From positions 1 to 51,803 of the forward strand of contig JAZRZG010000030.1 in NCBI GenBank assembly GCA_045601305.1: a DNA stretch of 51,803 nucleotides, in the 5' to 3' direction. Source of the stretch: Synergistaceae bacterium (lineage in GTDB: Bacteria > Synergistota > Synergistia > Synergistales > Synergistaceae). Below, piece after piece: positions 19,654 to 26,422 of this stretch. The notes beneath the pieces are model-generated. The model was not told the origin of the DNA, did no database searches, and worked only from the letters and a program-made list of their open reading frames with translations. The translations under genes and the position numbers were made by a program. Position 1 is the stretch's first letter, and every line of letters starts with the position of its first letter.

Positions 19654-20844
19654 ATGAAACGAAAAATTGCTGCTGCGACAATCACAGTGTTACTTCTGAC
19701 GACGGCACTTTGCGAAGTGCTGCCGTTTTGTGCGGCTCATGCGGAAGACAGCATAGAGAAACAGCTTCAGCAACAGGAACAGCAGTATGACGAACTCAGA
19801 AAAAAAATCGTCGGCACAAGACAGAAAATAGTTGAAAGCAGGAAAAAAGAGAAAAATGTTGTCCGGCAGATAGATGTAATAAACAAAAAAATTGACGATA
19901 CCCAAAAGAAAGTTGACATCGTTGTTAAAGACATAAAGCTGGTGGAAGGCAATATAAATGTGCTAAACTCGCAAATCTCCGCGATAAAAAAGCGGATAGC
20001 CGAATGTGAAAACTACCTGCGAAAACGCTTTGTTTCAATGTACAAGTACGGCAGATTTTCCGAATACAGCGCGCTGCTGTCCTCCGAAGGAGTGCAGACT
20101 GCAATGGACAATATGTATCTGCTTGGAAAAATCGCAAAACAGGATCAGTATATCATTCTTGAACTGTCCGAGCAGAAGCAGCGGCTGGGAGACAAACAGA
20201 CTGCGCTTGGCAGACAGAAAGGCATTCTCAAAGAAAAAAACAACGAGCTGAACGTTCAGCACGCGCAGCTGAAAACAGCAGTCGGAGAAAAACAGATTGC
20301 GCTTCAGCAGATACAGAAGGAAAAAGAAGCGTATATAGCGCAGCAGCGGGAATTTGAAAAAGCAGCCAGAGAATTGCAGGGAACAATCAATAAACTGCTT
20401 GCCGCAAAACGCGCGAAAAACAAAAGCAGCAAAAAAACTTCCGTTGTCTATTACAAAGGCGGGAAGATTGCCTGGCCTGTACAGGGAAGCATAACAAGCA
20501 GCTACGGAATCCGCGTTCATCCTGTTTTTAAAACTAAAACAAAACATTCAGGCATAGATATCGCGGCTTCGACAGGCACGCCGATAGGCGCCGCGTCTGC
20601 CGGAGAAGTGCTTTATGCCGGTTCAATGCGCGGCTACGGAAACGTTGTTATCATCGACCATGGAAATAATCTGACAACTGTTTACGGACACATGTCAAAA
20701 ATGAGCTGTTCGGAAAATCAAAAAGTTGCAAAAGGTAGTATAATAGGATACGTTGGCATGACAGGAATAACGACGGGACCTCATCTGCACTTTGAAGTGC
20801 GCGTCAACGGCAATACAGTTGACCCGATGAGTTATCTCCGTTAA
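19654..20844 (+). CDS. M23-family murein DD-endopeptidase / EnvC-like coiled-coil activator
   Basis: Signal peptide and a long Q/K/E coiled coil. The C-terminal M23 domain has HSGIDIAA...GPHLHFEVR. Confidence 0.85.
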   Translation: MKRKIAAATITVLLLTTALCEVLPFCAAHAEDSIEKQLQQQEQQYDELRKKIVGTRQKIVESRKKEKNVVRQIDVINKKIDDTQKKVDIVVKDIKLVEGNINVLNSQISAIKKRIAECENYLRKRFVSMYKYGRFSEYSALLSSEGVQTAMDNMYLLGKIAKQDQYIILELSEQKQRLGDKQTALGRQKGILKEKNNELNVQHAQLKTAVGEKQIALQQIQKEKEAYIAQQREFEKAARELQGTINKLLAAKRAKNKSSKKTSVVYYKGGKIAWPVQGSITSSYGIRVHPVFKTKTKHSGIDIAASTGTPIGAASAGEVLYAGSMRGYGNVVIIDHGNNLTTVYGHMSKMSCSENQKVAKGSIIGYVGMTGITTGPHLHFEVRVNGNTVDPMSYLR

Positions 20845-20874
20845 AAAATATATTTATACAGGGAGTCTTTATAA

Positions 20875-22125
20875 ATGAAAAAGTTTAGAGATCTGTTCAT
20901 AGGAATAATACTTGGCGCAGTTTTGGCAGGAGCGGCTGTGTATTTTGTGCCTCAGGCAGGGGCAGACAATATATGGCCGTTTACCCAGCAGCAGCTTGTA
21001 ATAATGAAACAGGTAAAAGAAACACTAAAAGCATATCAGGTTGACGGTGAGAAAAAAGGCAAAATTGACGATGACAAAATGTATTACGGCGCGATGAAAG
21101 GCATAGTTTCATCGCTTGAAGACCCCTACACACGCTTTGTCAATCCGAAAGACCTTGAAGAAGAAATGATGCAGCTGAAAGGCGAATACGGCGGGCTTGG
21201 CATGTATATTTCAATGAAAGACAACAGAGTCGTCGTAGTTTCGCCTATGGAAGGAACGCCTGCCGACAAAGCAGGATTAAAACCGATGGACGAAATAGTT
21301 AAGGTTGACGACACAAGCATTATCGGCAAGACAACCGAAGATGCCGTGAAACTTATGCGCGGCGACCCCGGAAAAGCCGTTACCGTACACATCCGCAGAA
21401 AAGGCGTTGAAAAAATACTCAAATTCAAAATGGTGCGCGAACTGATAAAAATAAAAACAGTCCGCTCAGAAATGATAGGCAATGACATTGCCTACATCAA
21501 AATCAACCAGTTTATCGAAAAAACAGCAAAAGACGTTGCCAAAGCGATGGAAACGGCAAAAAACAAAAAAGCTAAAGGCATAATAATAGACGTTCGCAAC
21601 AACCCCGGCGGACTGCTGAATATATGCGTTGACGTTGCGTCGCAGTTCATAGACGGCGGACTCATAGTTTCCACCAAAGGACGTTTTGACCACGCAAACG
21701 AAACACTATACGCCGACAAAGGCAAAGCGACAAACCTTCCGTTAGTTATATTGATTAACGAAGGCAGCGCAAGCGCGTCAGAAATACTGTCAGGCGCGAT
21801 TAAAGACCGCAAACGCGGGCTGCTGATAGGCACAAAGAGCTTCGGCAAAGGCTCAGTGCAGACCCTGTTCAACCTTCCCGACAAGTCAGGAGTCTATATC
21901 ACAATAGCGCGCTATGCGACACCGTCAGGCTTCTTCCTTGACAAAAAAGGACTTCAGCCGGACATTAAAATTGCCGGAGACGTTGAAAAAGACAAGAAAA
22001 AAGACAAACAGCTCCAGAAAGCGATTTCTGTGCTGCGCGATAAAATCGCGGGAAAAACTGTAACAGTCGATTCAGATAAAGTTAATAAAGCGAAAAAAGT
22101 TGCCCCGAAAACAAAGAAAAAATAA
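20875..22125 (+). CDS. ctpA: S41-family C-terminal processing protease (PDZ domain)
   Basis: GGLGMYI...PMEGTPADKAGLKP (PDZ), NNPGG, NEGSASASEI and GTKSFGKGSVQ (Ser/Lys dyad) motifs. Confidence 0.9.
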   Translation: MKKFRDLFIGIILGAVLAGAAVYFVPQAGADNIWPFTQQQLVIMKQVKETLKAYQVDGEKKGKIDDDKMYYGAMKGIVSSLEDPYTRFVNPKDLEEEMMQLKGEYGGLGMYISMKDNRVVVVSPMEGTPADKAGLKPMDEIVKVDDTSIIGKTTEDAVKLMRGDPGKAVTVHIRRKGVEKILKFKMVRELIKIKTVRSEMIGNDIAYIKINQFIEKTAKDVAKAMETAKNKKAKGIIIDVRNNPGGLLNICVDVASQFIDGGLIVSTKGRFDHANETLYADKGKATNLPLVILINEGSASASEILSGAIKDRKRGLLIGTKSFGKGSVQTLFNLPDKSGVYITIARYATPSGFFLDKKGLQPDIKIAGDVEKDKKKDKQLQKAISVLRDKIAGKTVTVDSDKVNKAKKVAPKTKKK

Positions 22126-22134
22126 AAAAAGTTA

Positions 22135-22162
22135 TTGACACACTCTGAAATTATAGTATAAT
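22135..22162 (+). promoter_or_regulatory. sigma70-type promoter of the tRNA array
   Basis: TTGACA (22135-22140), a 16-nt spacer, then TATAAT (22157-22162), about 38 nt before tRNA-Val. Confidence 0.7.
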
Positions 22163-22199
22163 TTCTCCTGTTGTCGCTTATGCGTACGGCAGGGCGAGC

Positions 22200-22274
22200 G
22201 GGCGGATAGCTCAGCGGGAGAGCACCTGCCTTACACGCAGGGGGTCGTAGGTTCGAAACCTATTCCGCCCACCA
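22200..22274 (+). tRNA. tRNA-Val (anticodon UAC)
   Basis: Acceptor GGGCGGA/TCCGCCC, anticodon arm CCTGC-CTTACAC-GCAGG, T-loop GGTTCGAAACC, CCA encoded. Confidence 0.9.
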
Positions 22275-22289
22275 TGACAACTTATTTGC

Positions 22290-22366
22290 GGAGCTGTAGC
22301 TCAGTCGGTTAGAGCGTCGGCCTGTCACGCCGAAGGTCGCGAGTTCGAGTCTCGTCAGCTCCGCCA
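22290..22366 (+). tRNA. tRNA-Asp (anticodon GUC)
   Basis: Acceptor GGAGCTG/CAGCTCC, anticodon arm TCGGC-CTGTCAC-GCCGA, discriminator G, CCA encoded. Confidence 0.9.
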
Positions 22367-22381
22367 TTTTGAGAAGTCAAA

Positions 22382-22457
<76 letters not shown>

Positions 22458-22472
22458 CTGATAAGAAAATTT

Positions 22473-22547
22473 GCGGAAGTAGCTCAGGGGTAGAGCACAA
22501 CCTTGCCAAGGTTGGGGTCGCGGGTTCAAATCCCGTCTTCCGCTCCA
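22473..22547 (+). tRNA. tRNA-Gly (anticodon GCC), copy 1
   Basis: GCGGAAGTAGCTCAGGGGTAGAGCACAACCTTGCCAAGGTTGGGGTCGCGGGTTCAAATCCCGTCTTCCGCTCCA, with anticodon loop TTGCCAA. Confidence 0.9.
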
Positions 22548-22570
22548 TTTTTTATAATATCGCGGTTGCT

Positions 22571-22645
22571 GCGGAAGTAGCTCAGGGGTAGAGCACAACC
22601 TTGCCAAGGTTGGGGTCGCGGGTTCAAATCCCGTCTTCCGCTCCA
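22571..22645 (+). tRNA. tRNA-Gly (anticodon GCC), copy 2
   Basis: 75/75 nt identical to 22473-22547, 23 nt downstream of copy 1. Confidence 0.9.
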
Positions 22646-22650
22646 AAATA

Positions 22651-22675
22651 ACAGGCGGGCAGCCTGTGTTTTTTT
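22651..22675 (+). terminator. Rho-independent terminator of the tRNA array
   Basis: acaggc-gggca-gcctgt hairpin followed by g plus T7. Confidence 0.75.
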
Positions 22676-22700
22676 GTCTAAATGCCATATCGTAATACAA

Positions 22701-22730
22701 ACGGACTGAATGATGTTCAGTCCGTCTTTT
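22701..22730 (+). terminator. second terminator-like hairpin
   Basis: Perfect 10-bp stem acggactgaa/ttcagtccgt, a 5-nt loop, then ctttt. Confidence 0.5.
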
Positions 22731-23157
22731 ATGCGCGGATGAAAAATCAGAAGGTATATTTTGCAAGATATTTTTTCAAAATCGTGTCAAAATGACACGC
22801 CATTGTCTATCTGCCGGAGTATAATATATTGTGAAAAGACAAACACCGAGAACGTAAACAGACGGTAAGCAGCGGGGGATGATAGACAGATATTGTCTAT
22901 TTGAGTTTTATGTTCAATCTGATATAATCAACTTGGACAGAAAGGCTTAGAAATGATTGTTGCCGACGTTCAGGCGCAGTATTCAGATACGAAGAGGTAT
23001 ATTTGCTAATGTGGGGCTTTTTTCTGCATTTATTGGTTTCGTTTATTATGTTATGTGCGCACCTGCTAATCGCAGTTTGTTCATTAGCTGTGCATCTTAT
23101 TGTTGTAATATTTACTTTTTTATTTCATCTGATATTTTAGCTTGATGATGAAAAATA

Positions 23158-23185
23158 TTGTAAAACTATCGTAACAAGTTATAAT
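23158..23185 (+). promoter_or_regulatory. candidate sigma70 promoter of the three-gene island operon
   Basis: TTGTAA (23158-23163), a 16-nt spacer, then TATAAT (23180-23185), about 120 nt upstream of the first ORF. Prediction by eye only. Confidence 0.4.
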
Positions 23186-23308
23186 AAATTCTGGAAACAC
23201 AGAAGCCTAAACCATGTGAGTGCAAAGAATTGTGGAAAAACAATGTCCATGTATTTTTTACACTTAAACTGATATGCTTGACAGAAAAATTGATCGGAGG
23301 TTGTTATT

Positions 23309-23896
23309 ATGGGTTTTTGGGATCTTCTTGAAGAAGTCGCCTCTGTCGGTATTGATTTACTGAATAAAGGTATTGAAGAAAGTATGCGCCGTCAGGAGAA
23401 GAATCTCCAGTCATACGCCAAAAAACATAATTTATCAAAAGAGCAGGTATCTCAGCTACGAGAAAAAATGCATCGCAGAACACACGAAGAGTTTGGAGCA
23501 GATCGAACAGGAATGGACTGTCGTCCTGAAGATTTTTCAATAAGCAGAGGGGATTATTTGAGCGATGCTGTCTCATCTGCGCCGGGAGAACCGGGTGTTT
23601 ATATACTTTATCTTTACGGAAGAGTAATGAAATGCGGGGTTGCAAGCTACGGGCAAGGAATTCGCTGGAGATTCACGCAGTATTACAATCTAAACTATGA
23701 CAACAAAGCAAGGTGCGGAGATTACTGGTCGGTAAGTCCTGAAAACAGGGACAGTATTACTGTGGCATGGCAAGCATGCCCGCCTCGTGTCTGTAATGAA
23801 CTGGAATACAAGTTGTTTAAGAAATATGGTAAAGGACCTTGGGCAAAACGAGCACCTGTAGCTTCGTACACAAATGAATGGAAATTATTGATTTAA
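23309..23896 (+). CDS. GIY-YIG-like nuclease-fold protein with about 95-aa helical N-terminal extension
   Basis: GGAGG 8 nt upstream of the ATG. The C-terminal half reads GVYILYLYGRVMKCGVAS..GIRWRFTQYYN...NELEYKLFKKYG. This reproduces the GIY-(9 aa)-YIG spacing, the conserved Arg and the distal Glu of GIY-YIG modules (compare the UvrC N-terminus). The N-terminal half is unassigned. Confidence 0.5.
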   Translation: MGFWDLLEEVASVGIDLLNKGIEESMRRQEKNLQSYAKKHNLSKEQVSQLREKMHRRTHEEFGADRTGMDCRPEDFSISRGDYLSDAVSSAPGEPGVYILYLYGRVMKCGVASYGQGIRWRFTQYYNLNYDNKARCGDYWSVSPENRDSITVAWQACPPRVCNELEYKLFKKYGKGPWAKRAPVASYTNEWKLLI

Positions 23897-23938
23897 CGAT
23901 TTGAATTTACCAATACAACTTTAGGTGAGGGGTATTTA

Positions 23939-26383
23939 ATGTTAAAATTTCTTCGCAGAAAATTTGACCGAAATTTCTTGAGTTTGAGATTGCATGAGCA
24001 GTTAGGATTGTTGTTTGCCTTTTATTTATTTTTCTATCTTGTATTCTTATTCATTTTAACTAACTTTGGAGGCAGTGCGCCAGAAGTTAAAAATTGGCGT
24101 TGGTGGGTATATGCACACATGGTGGATGCAGGTACCATCATTGAAAGTGCCAAGATTAACACACCTGTTGTTAATATCTGCGGCTTCTTAATGAATATAC
24201 TTAATATATTCCTTTTCGGCGGTATATTTATTTCGCTTTTCACGAACTTTTTCGAAGAATCCGCAAAAAGAGTCCATAACGGACAAGCGCGTGACAAAAT
24301 AAACAAAGAGCATCATGTTATCTTAGGCTGGGACGTTGTCGGTGCCTCCATAGTCCACAAATTGATTGCAAAGAAGAAAGACAAAAAACCGATAGTAATT
24401 TTGTCATCCCGTAATCCGGAGGATATTCGTGCCGATATTATGTCGTATGATAAAAGCGAGATTAAAAATCAAAAAAAACATGATCTGAGCGATAAGTTGA
24501 AAAAACAAATATATATTCTCAACGGTTCTTTTACCAACCGTGATGAATTGAATAGTGATGCGCTCATGCTGCGCAAAGCGGAAACAATCTACATTCTCGG
24601 CGAAAACAATAGCACAAGAAATGACAGTGATACGATTTCTACAGCCCTTCATTTCGCTAATCTGATTAATGATAAGCAAAAAATGAAAAATAACTCCACT
24701 ATTCCCTTGATAGCAGATATCCGCAGTTTTTCGATGTTCAGCCAATTAAAAAGTAAAGTAACAGGAAATTTGAACAACAATCAAGAGAACAATAAGAACA
24801 ATAAGAACAATAAGAACGATGCTTCGAAACCAAGTGGGAATAATTCGCCGCAAAGTGGCGAAGATTTAGGACACGATAAAGATTCAGGACACTATGCTGC
24901 TGTTTTTAACTTCTGTGAAAAGAGGGCAAGAAGGATTTGGAGCCATATTTCGGAAGAAAAAGATAAGATGTTCAGCCAATTAAAAAGTAAAGTAACAGGA
25001 ATTTTGAACAACAATCAAGAGGACAATAAGGATGCTTCGCAGCAAGGTGGCAAAGGTTCAGGCCACGATAAAGGTCAAGGACGCTATGATGCTGTGATTT
25101 TTAACTTCTATGAAAACTGGGCAAGAAGAATTTGGAGCCATATTCCGGAAGAGAAAGATGAGAAGTCTTATTATCCGCTGGCTTATGTCCCTGTTACCCA
25201 AAATAATTTTGTGCATCTGATAATTATAGGTTTCGGACAAATGGGGCAGGCGCTTGCAGTTGAAGCAGCGAGAGTCGCGCATTACGGCACAGGCAAAAAC
25301 ACGCGGATAACAGTTATAGACAACAATATGACAGAGCGTAAAGCAAAATTTGTTGCGACATTCGCGCTAAAGCATGATAAGGATAACGAAATTTACAGCT
25401 GGTATGAAGAAAACGGTTACAAAGCAGATGTTGAGTTTGTTTTTAAAGACAACAGCGCGGAAGATGAAGAAATACGCGAATTTCTTGTAGAAACGGCAAA
25501 AGAAGCTGAAGCAGGAAACCAGATTCCGACGCTTGCGATCTGTTTCTCAAAGCTTGACACAGCATTTGAGACAGCTTTGTCCCTGCCGATAGAATTCACC
25601 ACGGCAGAAGTGAAGTCGTTTACTGACAAGCGGATCCCTGTACTTCTTAGGAACGAAAGCGATTATAGAAGAAGCAGCAGCAGTAAGGATAGCCCTGTAA
25701 AGGATAATGATAAAGAAAGTGCAGAAAAGAAGGACGCTGCAGCGAACCGGGAAAAAGAACACAAAAGAGATATAGACAATATAGATTTGTTTGGAAATTT
25801 GAAAGAATGCACAGGTTTTGACGAGCAAATAGAAACATTTGCCAAGGTATTGAATATGCTGTATAAGATGTTTAATGATGATAATGGGGTGTTTAATAAT
25901 AATGAAGAGAGTAAGGCACCCGATGATGAAGATGATAAGGAGGATATAGAAAAACCTGACTATTGGTGGAAAAAAGCAGACGAATATAGCCGCTGGGCAT
26001 CCCGTCATCAGGCAGCGGCTTTTGTTGAAAGATTAAGGTCTATGGGATATAAGTTTGAAGCAAACACAGACATCTGTTTGAAGACATCTGAGCGTTTAAA
26101 TAGAGCTGATGTAGACGATTGGCAGCAGCGAGGCAAAGAGTTATTCGGCGATGATTTCGATAATAGACTCGGTATAGCCGAACATTATCGTTGGAGTGTT
26201 GAAAAATGGTTGTGTGGTTATCGGTATGATAAAGAGAAAGTTACTGAATTACACAAACATCCCTGCCTTATTGATTATTCTAAACTTAACGAGAAGAATA
26301 AAAATAATGACCTTCGTTCTACGGCACTTGCAAAATGGATTTTGGAAAACTATTGCGGCGTAACGTTAGACCGTAACGAGTAA
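23939..26383 (+). CDS. CASTOR/POLLUX-like 2TM pore + two Rossmann (RCK/TrkA-N-like) domains + C-terminal RyR domain membrane protein
   Basis: SD GGTGAGGGG. TM1 at about aa 22-43. Pore-helix-like WRWWVYAHMVDAGT. TM2 at about aa 78-104. Then HHVILGWDVVGASIVHKL (aa 125-) and a second FVHLIIIGFGQMGQALAVEAA. The C-terminal AEHYRWSVEKWLCGYRYDKEK..HKHPCLIDYSKLNEKNKNND fits the RyR-domain (PF02026) pattern as recalled. Confidence 0.6.
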   Translation: MLKFLRRKFDRNFLSLRLHEQLGLLFAFYLFFYLVFLFILTNFGGSAPEVKNWRWWVYAHMVDAGTIIESAKINTPVVNICGFLMNILNIFLFGGIFISLFTNFFEESAKRVHNGQARDKINKEHHVILGWDVVGASIVHKLIAKKKDKKPIVILSSRNPEDIRADIMSYDKSEIKNQKKHDLSDKLKKQIYILNGSFTNRDELNSDALMLRKAETIYILGENNSTRNDSDTISTALHFANLINDKQKMKNNSTIPLIADIRSFSMFSQLKSKVTGNLNNNQENNKNNKNNKNDASKPSGNNSPQSGEDLGHDKDSGHYAAVFNFCEKRARRIWSHISEEKDKMFSQLKSKVTGILNNNQEDNKDASQQGGKGSGHDKGQGRYDAVIFNFYENWARRIWSHIPEEKDEKSYYPLAYVPVTQNNFVHLIIIGFGQMGQALAVEAARVAHYGTGKNTRITVIDNNMTERKAKFVATFALKHDKDNEIYSWYEENGYKADVEFVFKDNSAEDEEIREFLVETAKEAEAGNQIPTLAICFSKLDTAFETALSLPIEFTTAEVKSFTDKRIPVLLRNESDYRRSSSSKDSPVKDNDKESAEKKDAAANREKEHKRDIDNIDLFGNLKECTGFDEQIETFAKVLNMLYKMFNDDNGVFNNNEESKAPDDEDDKEDIEKPDYWWKKADEYSRWASRHQAAAFVERLRSMGYKFEANTDICLKTSERLNRADVDDWQQRGKELFGDDFDNRLGIAEHYRWSVEKWLCGYRYDKEKVTELHKHPCLIDYSKLNEKNKNNDLRSTALAKWILENYCGVTLDRNE
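24734..25165 (+). repeat. intragenic tandem duplication (234-nt unit + 198-nt unit)
   Basis: Copy 1 (24734-24967) and copy 2 (24968-25165) both begin atgttcagccaattaaaaagtaaagtaacagga (33 nt identical). Both end in ...RRIWSHI(S/P)EEKD. Copy 1 carries extra N/K-rich sequence. Confidence 0.9.
24787..24817 (+). repeat. 9-nt microsatellite (gaacaataa) x3.4, in frame
   Basis: gaacaataa gaacaataa gaacaataa gaac, encoding the NNK NNK NNK run inside copy 1 of the duplication. Confidence 0.95.
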
Positions 26384-26422
26384 ATACAGCAAATAAAGTA
26401 ATCTGCGGGAGGAAGAAAGACA

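Noticed and set aside
22473-22645. The duplicated tRNA-Gly(GCC) as an attL/attR signature of the island
   Set aside because: Both copies are full length and lie on the same (left) side of the island, only 23 nt apart, like an ordinary tandem tRNA array. I found no partial tRNA 3'-end copy near 29.9-31.0 kb; ggattcaaaattc at 30801 is only a weak resemblance.
24002-24250. Canonical K+-channel selectivity filter (T-V-G-Y-G) in the 2TM region of the 814-aa protein
   Set aside because: The filter is not present. The loop carries VDAGT instead, so I describe the protein as CASTOR/POLLUX-like or a generic cation-pore candidate, not a K+ channel.
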